NCBI RefSeq assembly: GCF_004010195.1
Contig: NC_057753.1
Coordinates: 5,131,513 to 5,195,512 of the forward strand
Source: Chiloscyllium plagiosum
Taxonomy: Eukaryota
DNA: 64,000 bases
Direction: 5' to 3'
Shown: positions 36,601 to 47,169 of the stretch, piece after piece
Numbering within the stretch: the stretch's first letter is position 1
Layout of the letters: the number at the start of each line of letters is the position of its first letter
Position numbers and translations under genes: made by a program
Notes under the pieces: generated by a model
What the model was told of the DNA's origin: nothing
The model's database searches: none
What the model saw: the letters and a program-made list of their open reading frames with translations, nothing else

Positions 36601-37864
36601 GGGATGATGGGCTGGGAAGCTCTCAGGGAGATTTTGTTCTGATTTTGTTTTCTTTATTACTGTCACGTGTGACAAGTTGTGCGTGCTGTACAAAGTGGAT
36701 CAGGGTAATAGAGCAGAGTGCGGAATATCGATCACGGTGTTACGGAATCATAAGAAGGCGCAGAGAGAGATCAGCACTAACATTTGAGAGGTCTATTTAG
36801 AAGTCCGATAACAACAGGGAAGAGGCTCTTCTTGAACCTGTTGGGTGCGTGTACTCAATCTTTTATATCTTGTGCTGGACAGGAGAGAAGGGGGAAGGGA
36901 GGATAACTGGAATGAGAGGGTCTTATGGTGGCTGCCTTCCCGAAGCAGCAGGAATTGCATGTGGAGTCAATGGATGGAAGGCTGGAAGATCCCAATTGAG
37001 GAGAATTCCTCCTTCCCCACCCTGACCTGCTGACCTAGGAACGCATGACCTCCGACCTTGTGGCCTGTGACCTGGTTGCCCCAGAACTCTTGGCCTTGGA
37101 ACACCTGGCGTCGCACAGACCTGAGGAGGCCTCTTGGCACAGCATGGCAGTCCCTTGGTCTGGCGTGGCAGCCTCTTGGCCCAGCATGGTGGTCTTCGGG
37201 CAGTCTTTCAGCCTGGCGTAGTGTCCTCTCGGCCCGGTGTGGCGATCTCCCAGTGGCCGATGCGTGGTGAACTTGGGGTGGTATGTGGCGGTCTCTCAGC
37301 CTGGCCTGGTCTCGGTGTGGACTTCCAGTCTCAGGGACGCAAGGTGCCAACATGGACTGGGTCAGAAGACTGTTTTTCTGTACTTTTTTCCCCCAATTTA
37401 TAACTTATTCCTAAATCTACAATGCTGAGCATTTTTTCACTTCTCTATTTTGCCATGAACTGTAACCGAAAAAGCTGTACCCGGAGAACTTTGTACCTAA
37501 GGTGGGACCATAAGTAGCGACTTGCACACTTCTCACTGTATTCATTTGACTACGTGTGACAATGAAGCAAATTCTAATTAAGCATGGATTGCTTTTAGCA
37601 CAGCCTACCCACTCGCAGAAGTATGGCCACATCACAAACAACAAAACCAGAAGTTATTGGAAATCTCAGCATCTGTTGGGGGGAGGGGCGGGGGGAGAAT
37701 CAGTGTTAACGTATAAGGTCCATCCTGCAGAATGGGTTCCTGATCCCAAGACGTTAACTCTGATTTCTCTGGACGGATCCTGCCAGACCTGCTGAGTTAA
37801 TCTGGCAATTTCAGTTTCTCTTTCTGATTTCCAACATCCATAGATTTTTCAGTTTTGTATTGTC

Positions 37865-38985
37865 ATAGAGTCATGGAAACAGACCCTTCGGTCCAACCTG
37901 TCCATGCCGACCAGATATCCCAACCCATTCTAGTNNNNCTTTGTCTATTTATCCTATCCATGCCCCTCATAATTTTGTAAACCTCTATAAGGTCACCCCT
38001 CAGCCTCCGACGCTCCAGGGAAAACAGCCCCAGCCTGTTCAGCCTCTCCCTGTAGCTCAAATCCTCCAACCCTGGCAACATCCTTGTAAATGTTACAGCA
38101 CATATACCATTATGACTAATTCAGCTTCTCTACTGTGCTGGCTTGGCACCCCTGTTTACTCGCTCCTTTCATATCTATCTCTAACTTTCTGGGCTACATC
38201 TCCACATAGAACATCGAACATTCCAGCGCAGTCCATGCCCTTCGGCCCTCGATGTTGTGCCAAACTGTGGAACCAATCTGAAGCCCATCTCACCAACACC
38301 AAGCAATCTACTACTGTTGCCCTTTCTACTCTCTGAGTAAAGAAACTATCTCTGATGTCTGTCCTCTATCTTTTACCTCTCAGTTTAAAGCTATGTCCCC
38401 TTGTGCTAGCCATCACCATCCAAAGAAAAAGGCTCTCACTGTCCACCCTATCTAACCCTTTGATCATCTTCTTTGTCTCAACTAAGTCACCTCTCAACCT
38501 TCTTCTCTCTAACGAAAACAGCCTCAAGTCCCTCAGCCTTTCCTCATAAGACAGAGCCATAGAGCCATGGAGTCATACAGCACAGAAGCCGACCCTTTGG
38601 TCCAACTTGTCCATGCCGACCAGATATCATAAACTAATCCAGCCCCATCTATTGGGACTTGGCCTATATCCCTCTAAACCCTTCCTATTCATGTATCCAT
38701 TCAGATATCTATGAGACGTAGTAATTGTACTGGCCTCCACCATTTCCTCTGACAGTTCATTCCATACATGCACCACCCTCTGTGTGAAATATTTGCCCTT
38801 TTAAATCTTTCCCCTCTCATCTTAAACCTATGCCCTCTAGTTCTGGGCTCCTCCTCCTTGCCTATTTACCCCATCCATGCCCCTCATGATTTTATAAACC
38901 TCTATAAAGCTACCCCTCAGTCTCCGACACTCCAGGGAAAACAGCCCCAACTTGTTCAGCCTCTCCCTGTCGCTCAAATCTGAGG
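37865..38985 (-). mobile_element. Several CR1-type 3' fragments (4-N gap at 37935-37938)
   Basis: LSYRERLNRLGLFSLERRRLRGDLIE; LSYEERLRDLRLFSLERRRLRGDL. Confidence 0.85.
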
Positions 38986-39545
38986 CCTGTGTCCATTACA
39001 GTTCAGATGAATGAGAGAAGATCTTGAATGGGAAGGGTTCAGAGAGATGTGGGCCAAATGCTGGCACGTGGGACCAGATCAAATTAAGATATCGGGTGGG
39101 TGCGGACGGGTTGGACTTCAGGGTCTGTATTTGTGCTGTATGACTCCATGTTATTGAGATGGAGATATCCTGAGGGGAGGGGACAGGATGGAGGCTGAGG
39201 GGATATCACCCAAAGTTGGGCACTAAGAACCAGGGGACACAGTTAATAAACAAGCAAGAAAAAGGTGAGATTTTCACCCTCTCTATAAAGGATCGCGAAT
39301 CTTTGTACATCGATCCACGGGGGCAGAATCACTGAATGACACTGATAGATTTTTACCAAGTGAGTTAAAGGCTAATTGGGTGGGGGTGGGGGAGTGGGGG
39401 TTGCGGTTACATCAGGAGTTTAGATCACAATCAATTGGTCCATACCTTTCGGATTAAGTTCGAGGGGAGGGCTGGCCTACTCCTGCTATTGCTGCTCAGA
39501 CTTCCCTTTCTCCCCCCTCAGAGGTAGACTGGTGTATATCCATCA

Positions 39546-39832
39546 CCCTGTGTTACTGACTGTGTCTGTACTGATGTTAATCCAGCTCCCTCACAATGTC
39601 ACTCAGTAACCCCTCTCCCCCCAGAGCCCTGTGTTACTGACTGTGTCTGTACTGATGTTAATCCAGCTCCCACACACTGTCACTCAGTAACCCCTCTACA
39701 CCCAGCGCCCTGTGTGACCAACTGCATCTCTAATGATGTTAATCCAGCTCTCTGACACAATCAATCAGTAACACCTCTCCCCTCCAACCCCCGTGTTACT
39801 GACTGTATCTGTACTGATGTTAATCCAGCTCC
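39546..39832. repeat. 81-bp minisatellite, about 3.5 units
   Basis: CCCTGTGTTACTGACTGTGTCTGTACTGATGTTAATCCAGCTC-type units start at 39546, 39627, 39708 and about 39789. Confidence 0.9.
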
Positions 39833-40021
39833 CAAAAGATCTTCCCTCCATACCGGGCAACATCCTAGTAAATCTCCTCTGCACCCTTTCCAAGGCTTCT
39901 ACATCCCTTCTATAGTGCGGTGACCAGAAATGTACACAACACTCCGTGTGTGGCCGCACCAGAGTTGTGTACAGCTGCAACATGACCTCATGGCTCAGAA
40001 ACCCAATCCCTCTACCTCCTC

Positions 40022-40345
40022 TGCGCGGCACGGTGGCTTAGTGGTTAGCACTGCTGCCCCACAGCACCAGGGACCCAGGTTCAATTCTAGCCTCGTGCGA
40101 CTGTCTGTGTGGAGTTTGCACTTTCTCTCCGTGTCTGCGTGGGTTTCCTCCGGATGCTTTGGTTTCCTCCCACAGTCCAAAGATGTGCACGTTAGGGTGA
40201 TTTGGCTATGCTAAATTGCCGGCAGTGTTAGGTGCATTAGTCAGAGGGAAATGGGTCTGTGTGGGTTACTCTTCGGAGGGTCGGTGTGGACTTGTTGGGC
40301 CGAAGGGCCTGTTTCCACACTGGAGGGAATCTCATCTAATCTACC
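40022..40345 (+). mobile_element. HE1-like SINE
   Basis: GGCACGGTGGCTTAGTGG A box, GGTTCAATTC B box, CTAATCT tail. Confidence 0.9.
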
Positions 40346-40739
40346 AATGAAAGCTATCTCTTCCCTCACCATCCCACTTCCTTTTCTTCAGCACAAATAC
40401 CGATCTGCTTTTAGTCCTAATGAAGAGTCAACGGGCTCGAAAACTTAACCCAGCTTTCTCACCAAGTTTAAAAATCACACACCACCAGGTTGTAGTCCCA
40501 ACAGGTTTATTTGGAAGCACTAGCTTTCGGGGGAGGCTGTTCCTTCGTTTTAATCTAAGATTGTTTACTATATCACATCCCCCTGACACTGGAATCCTTT
40601 TGCTATAAATTCTGTGTCTCAGGGTATGGTTCCACAACAGGCAGCAGTGCACCGAAAGCTAGTGCTTCCAAATAAACCTGTTGGGGCTATAACCTGGTGC
40701 TGTGTGACTCTTAGTCCACCCCAGTCCAACACTGGCTCC

Positions 40740-40940
40740 TCACGTCATTGCTCCTCTAGGCCCGCCCCCTTCATTCCCTCCCATTGGTTGGAGGACTGAC
40801 CCCAGCACCGCCCCCTTTTCCTCACGATTGGCCTGCGCCTTCCGTCAATCGTCCAGGTCGGCGAGGCGCGCGGGCATGCGCAGCGCGGAGTTGCTACCTG
40901 AACGACTGGGCGCATGCGCAGCCGCCATTTCCTTGTTTAC
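40740..40940 (+). promoter_or_regulatory. CpG promoter of the downstream ZNF
   Basis: GC box at 40759-40768, two ATTGG (reverse CCAAT), NRF1 GCGCATGCGCA at 40910-40920, YY1 GCCGCCATTT at 40921-40930. Confidence 0.7.
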
Positions 40941-41515
40941 CTGAACAGTTGGGTCAGTTGCTCTGTCTCCAGTAGAATGAGCTGGAGATAAGTGGACAAT
41001 ATCTCTGGGGGATTTTAGCCCAAGAAGGAGGATGAGAGGGAGGTAGAGAGAGGGAGGATCTGTAACTTGCAGGGATCAAGAGAAGAGGATATTCCACAGA
41101 AACTGGAATTGTCTGTTTAATGAATTCTCTGCCTCACTGACAGTGAACTGTTTGGTCATCTCCTGTCACAGGGACTAGAAGAGGAGGGCTCACATCAAGG
41201 AAACCCAAACGAAACATCAGATCTGACAGAGTCGCTCCATCCATCAGGAGCTGAGCATCACCGGCCTCCGATTGTGGAAGGAGGAACGTTTGTCTCTTTT
41301 GTCTCTGAGGGTGTAGATTTCAAACATCAGCGTGACTGGAAACGCAGAAACGCACATGAATGAGGGTGTTCGAGTGAAATGACTGTGGAAAGAGCTTTAA
41401 CCGGTCACGCAGTCTGAAAACAAAAATTGCATGTTTACAGCAGGGAGGAACTCTCTGTCTGGACAAGGGTTCAACTGCTCCTTCAGTTTGGAGGGACACA
41501 AAGGCCCTGTAGACC

Positions 41516-42445
41516 ATGGGGAAGCCACGTAAAAGTGTGAAGCGTGGGAAGGGATTCAGAGGTCCATCCAAGGTGGATGGTCATCAGCGCAAAACCACTG
41601 GGGAGAGGCCATTCATCTGCTCCACGTGTAACAAGGGATATCCTAGTCTGTCCGGTTTATGTATCCACCGGAGAACTCACTCCGGGGTGAAATCGTACGT
41701 CTGTGACACGTGTGGTATGGGATTTGCTTATTCATCCAGTTTACATGTACATCAGCGAATACATACTGGGGAGAAGCCATTCACATGTTCCAAGTGTGAA
41801 AAGAAATTTGCTCATTTATCCAGCTTCCAGGTACACCAGAGGGCTCACACCGGGGAGAAGTCATTCATCTGCCCCAAGTGTGGTAAGCGATTTGCTCATC
41901 CATCTGGTTTACGTACGCACAAGAAGGTTCACATTGGGGAGAAACCATTCACCTGCTCTGATTGTGGGAAGGGATTCACTCAGTCATTCAGGTTACAACA
42001 ACACCAGAGAATTCACACCAGGGAGAATCCATTCATGTGCTCTGAATGTGGCCGGGGATTCGCTGAGTCATCCACCTTACATAAGCACCAGAAAGCTCAC
42101 ACTGAAAAAAAACCGTTCGCCTGCCCTGACTGTGAAAGGAGATTCTCTTGGTTAACCAACTACCAATCACACCGGGGTACTCACACTGGCAGAAGCCCGT
42201 TCACCTGTTCTGACTGCGGGAGGAGATTTGCTCATTTTTCCAAGTTCTGTGAACACAGGAGAACTCACACTGGAGAGAGACCGTTCATCTGCCCTGACTG
42301 TGGGAAGGGATTCGCTCAGACGTCCACTTTGCATGTGCATCAGAGAACTCACACTGGAGAAAGGCCATTCACCTGCCCCAAGTGCAGGAAGAGATTCACT
42401 CAGGTTTCCAGCTTATATCAACACCGGAAAAGGTGTGCGAAATGA
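41516..42445 (+). CDS. C2H2 zinc-finger protein, 9 C2H2 fingers plus a terminal C2HC finger
   Basis: 309-aa ORF; acceptor-like TCCTGTCACAG at 41161-41171. Confidence 0.92.
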   Translation: MGKPRKSVKRGKGFRGPSKVDGHQRKTTGERPFICSTCNKGYPSLSGLCIHRRTHSGVKSYVCDTCGMGFAYSSSLHVHQRIHTGEKPFTCSKCEKKFAHLSSFQVHQRAHTGEKSFICPKCGKRFAHPSGLRTHKKVHIGEKPFTCSDCGKGFTQSFRLQQHQRIHTRENPFMCSECGRGFAESSTLHKHQKAHTEKKPFACPDCERRFSWLTNYQSHRGTHTGRSPFTCSDCGRRFAHFSKFCEHRRTHTGERPFICPDCGKGFAQTSTLHVHQRTHTGERPFTCPKCRKRFTQVSSLYQHRKRCAK

Positions 42446-43476
42446 TGCACTCAGTCATCCGATCTGCTGAGGGATGAGCACGTTCATGAGTGACTGAAGG
42501 GGGTTGAACGGCTTGTACAATATACTTTATCATGTGTATATTTAGATTGCCATTATTGAACAGGATGTACTTGCTTACATAAGGTTCTAATCTTCTGGTT
42601 TGAAGATTGCAGATAGTGGAATGTAGTATATTGATCACAAAAAGATATTTCCAATCCAGATCATTAAGGGTTGATTGGACATGGCAATAAGCCACTGATG
42701 GAGAATGGAAAGGCAAGTGAAAACTGCCGGTTTTGGAAGAAGAAGGCCTCAGCGTAAGAATAGGCTGGTTTGAAGCAACAGTGAGACATGTTTTTGACCA
42801 CCAAGCACAGAGGAATGCTTGGGAGAAGTACTCAGAAGAGGCAACTCAGCATATTTGATTCAATTTGGTTTGTTGATTTTGTCACACGGACACCGAAATG
42901 CATTGTTTTGCGTACTAGTCAGGCAGAACATACCATTTGTAAGAATATTAGGGGCAAAGAGAACAGGATGCAGAATGTAGTGTTACAGCTGCAAAGATGC
43001 TGCAGAGACGGACAGATCAACATTAAAATTAAAATAACATAAAATCAAGTAAATTATTAACACTGGGGACTTTTCCCAGTTCTTTCGACGTCACCACCAG
43101 ACTGGGTTCACAAGCGGTGCCATGGAAGTTGAGGTTGAGCTCCATGTGCCAGCCATCTCCAGGGTTCTCAAGGGTGACAGGATATAAGACTCCCTTGCTT
43201 GGATATATCTAAAGTAGTTTAAGTTATTAATTTTTGTTGAAATCTATCTGAAGTGTTGTAAGTTAACAATGATTAGATTACTTTATATATATTAAGTGAC
43301 CAAAGCTAATAGATTTCTGTGATGCACTAGTCTCAGCGGGCATGTCATACCCAGTTCTGGCGGGACACGTTTCGGACACGTAGGCGAAGCATTAGAGAGG
43401 GTCATCGCTTATTACAACATGAAAAGAGACTCTTTGGCTCCTCGTGCCCAAAACAATCATCAAGTAGCTCCCTCAT

Positions 43477-43815
43477 CGGCACAGTGGCTCAGTGGTTAGC
43501 CTCACAGCGCCAGGGACCCGGGTTCGATTCCAGCCTTGGGCGACTATCTGTGTGGAGTTTGCACATCCTCTCCCCGTGTCTGCGTGGATTTCCTCCGGGT
43601 GCTCCGGTTTCCTCCCACAATCCAAAGATGTGCAGGTTAGCGTGACGTGTTGCCCATTGTGTTGAGAGATGTGTAGGTTAGGTGTATTAGTCAGGGGTAA
43701 ATGTAGGGTAATAGGGGTAGGGGGAATTGGTCTGAGTGGGTTAGTCTTCGGAGGGTCAGTGTAGACTTGTTGGGCCAAATGGCCTGTTTCCACGCTGTAG
43801 GGATTGTATGATTCT
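43477..43815 (+). mobile_element. HE1-like SINE (equivalent copy at 51525-51870 in the duplicated block)
   Basis: A/B boxes; matching flanks in both blocks. Confidence 0.85.
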
Positions 43816-44302
43816 GATCCCATTTCCCAGCATTTGGTCCGCAGCATTGTCTCCCATGCTACTTCAAGTAATCATCTAAATATTTCTTAAAATGTTGTGC
43901 TGAATCCTGCGTCTACGCAGTGAGTGACAGGCACCTGCCACCCTCTGGCTGAAAGTATTTCTCCTCGAATCCCCTCTGATTCCTGCTCCTTTTGTTTTGT
44001 GGATCTACGTCACCTTGTTGTTGATCCTGTCCTTAAAAGGGAGAAGTTGCTTCCTATCATACCTATCTCTGCCTCTCATAATTTTGTAGCTCTCAGTCAG
44101 GTCCCTCCTCGATCTTCTCTGCTTCAAAGGAAACACCAGAACTTATTGAGCCTCTCTTCATAGTTATATTGCTGCATCACAGGAATATCTTAGTGAATCT
44201 CCGCCGCAGCCTCTCTAATATAGTCACGGCTGTTTGCTCAAGCCACTTGGGAGGGTTTAAACTAGTTTGGCTGTGGGGTGATATTCAAAGCAATAGGGAG
44301 AC

Positions 44303-45135
44303 CTAAGACCATAAGATATAGGAGTGAAAGTAAGGCCATTCGGCCCATTGAGTCCACTCTGCCATTCAATCATGGCTGATGGGCATTTCAACGCCACTTA
44401 CCCGCACTCTCCCCGTAGCCCTTAATCCCTTGCGACTTCAAGAATTTATCGCTCTCTGCCTTGAAGACATTTAACGTCCCGGCCTCCACTGCGCTCCGCG
44501 GCAATGAATTCCACAGGCCCACCACTCGCTGGCTGAAGAAATGTCTCCTCATTTCTGATTTAAATTGACCCCCTCTAATTCTAAGGCTGTACTCGCGGGT
44601 CTTAATAACCCCCTTGACGGAAACAAATTCCCAGTGTCCACCCTTTCTAAGCCATCTTGTAAGTTTCTATTAGATCTCCCCATAACCTTCTAAACTCTAA
44701 TGAAGAGAAGGTCGAGGACTGTTGAGAAGTTATTGCGAGTAAGTTAAATAGTGAAGGCCGTGTTGGTAATCCTAGTATGAGACAGGGCAGGCAGGACCGA
44801 GACAGGAAGCAAAGGAAACTGGCTTAAACAATGCAAAAGGCCTGACAGGTAAGACAATTGAACTTGAGACATGAATGGATATGTGGGACTGGGATATTAT
44901 TGCTATTACAGAAACATGGCTGAGCGAGCGACAGGATTGGTGGCTCAGTGTTCTGGGTTACCGATATTACAGCAAGGATAGAAGGGGAGGTAAGAGAGGA
45001 GGAGGAATTGCATTTTGATTATGGAGACCATTGTGGCATTACTGAGAGAAGACACTGAAGGGTTAGTCCACTGAGTCTATATTGATCGAACTGAGAAATA
45101 AAAAGGGTGTGGTGCTGCTGTCTTTTTAACAAGGT
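44303..45135. mobile_element. CR1 3' fragment (44303-44705 minus) and endonuclease fragment (about 44800-45135 plus)
   Basis: TAAGACCATAAG tail; DIIAITETWL. Confidence 0.75.
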
Positions 45136-45399
45136 TGTTTTGACGTTGGGTCTCCTTTAAAGAGAGGTCATAGAGGCAGAGGTGCTGAGGGATCTGGGAA
45201 GAGCGTAGTTTGGCAGGGGAGGGGAATGGCCCGTTCTCCCAGTTTGGTTTAGCTGTGGCAGTCACAAGATGCTGGAGTCTAGGAAGGTTGCAAGGTTCAG
45301 CAAATGATTCCTGACTGACTTTCCCTCTGCAATCTCTTTGGCTGTTGTTCCCTCCTGCCTGTAAGAATGCTGCGCACCAGGTGCTGGGAAATGGGATCA

Positions 45400-45750
45400 G
45401 AATCATAGAATCCCTCCAGTGTGGAATCAGGCCATTTGGCCCAACAAGTCCATACTTAACCTCCAAAGAGTAACCCACCCAAACCAATTCCCCGTACCCT
45501 ATTACTCTACATTTACCCCTGACTAATTCACCTAACCTACATATCCCTGAACACTATAGGCAATTTAGCACGGCTCAATCCCCCCAGACCTGCACATCTT
45601 TGGATTGTGGGAGGAAACCGGAGCAATTGGAGGAATCCCAGACACAGGGAGAGAATGTGCAAACTCTACACGGACAGTCGCCTGAGGCTGGAATCGAACC
45701 TGAGTCCCTGGCGCTGTGAGGCAGCGGTGCTAACCACTGAGCCACTTTGT
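45400..45750 (-). mobile_element. HE1-like SINE
   Basis: Reverse A/B boxes and core. Confidence 0.85.
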
Positions 45751-46283
45751 CGATCAGAGAGTACTTGATGATTGTTTTGGGCACGATGAGCCAAAGAGTC
45801 TCTTTGCGTGCTTTAATACACGATGACCCTCTCTAATGCTTCGCGTACTTCCGAAACGTGTCCTCTTTTTTGCTAAGGGGTGTATTTATGGGGTGTTACT
45901 GAATCCGAACAGTTCCTTAGTTAAGTTGCTGTTTCGGGTCAGTTCAGTTTTCCAATACTTAGGTAATTCTAAATTCTGTTTTCTTTTGGTTGTGTTTCAA
46001 CGGTCGTGTTTAAATCTGTTCTGTTTTGCTTAAAGCCGACTGGTTTGACCAGCTGCATCACACCTGGAACACCCACTTCACATCTGCCTTTACACTAAAA
46101 AGTAAGGGTCAAGGCGACCTCCTTAACAGATTTTGAGGGTGTCTGCCGTGGTCCATGACATCACTTTGATCGTATTCTACTGTAGCCCCTTCCAATAGTC
46201 TGCAGAAGACTGAGGAACAAACACATAAAGAGATCGCAATGCAATGTGAAAAGATTAAATTGTACTATCTCTCTGGACATTAA

Positions 46284-46848
46284 TGTAATATTAAAGTGTT
46301 AAACTGTACTGTCTTTGAATGGGGATGACAGTCATGAAGCAAGGCTAATGACTCCCACTCCAATTAGACAGTCATTTGCTGCTACTCCTGCTATTGTCAA
46401 GTTAAACTATCATTGAAATGCTTTCTGGGCAGAGGTATGTTGCACCTGCATTGTCTTGGGGAATCGTCGAGTCAAGAAATTGTCTGTGTAACGATTCCCC
46501 AGGATTAGGCCATTAGCATTTGCATTATCTCTGAGGATGGATCTCATCCTGCCATTGTATCTGGGGTAATGTGAGAGTGTGAGTGACTGGGGTTTGTCTT
46601 AAGAGGCATGTGACTATGGGGGCATGGCCAGAACATCTGTTGCATTGCCAACTGACCTGTATAAACGTGGATGTGTTTTCTTTGTTTGGGGCCTCACTTT
46701 GACTTGACCTTTGTACGCCTGCGAAGAGAGTCAAAGAGGGGTCACTTAGCTTGTACAGGCTTTTGTAAACCTTAACTGTTTGCAGAAGTTGGTGTGTGCG
46801 ACTGGCATCTCATGTACAAAACCTCGGGAAAAGGGATTCCAACATACA
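46284..46848 (+). mobile_element. LTR-like segment, distantly related to the LTR at 50002-50570
   Basis: TG...CA; shares TG(T/A)AATATTAAAG start, GGCAT.TGACTATG.GG..ATGGC, TGTATAAA and CAGA.GTTGGTGTGT blocks. Confidence 0.6.
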
Positions 46849-46944
46849 AGGACCTTCCAGGTGGACTGAATAAGCGATTGTCTGAGTGTTGGTTGCATGA
46901 GACAAATGGGCCCACAAGGTAAGCTTCACCTTGATCTCTCAGTT

Positions 46945-47167
46945 GCGCTCGCGCTCTCTCTTGCTCTGTCTCATTCTCTCTCTTGCTCGCTCTTTCTCGC
47001 TCTCGCTATCTCTCTCTCTTGCTCTCGCTCTCGCTCTATCTCTTGCCATCTCCCTCTCTTTTGCTCTCTCCCTCTCTTTTGCTCTCTCGCTCTCTTTTGC
47101 TCTCTCGCTCTCTTTTGCTCTCTCGCTCTCTCTCTCTCTCTCTCTCTTTCTTTCTCTCGCTCTCTCT
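46945..47167. repeat. (CT)n-rich compound microsatellite
   Basis: CTCTCG/CTCTTTTG units. Confidence 0.95.
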
Positions 47168-47169
47168 AA

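Noticed and set aside
36967..37428. ORFs with short repeated peptides (WQSLGLAWQPLGPAW)
   Set aside because: Derived from a short degenerate tandem repeat next to a LINE fragment; no evidence of coding function.
39546..39832. CRISPR-like periodicity
   Set aside because: Eukaryotic context, whole units repeat without unique spacers, and no cas genes.
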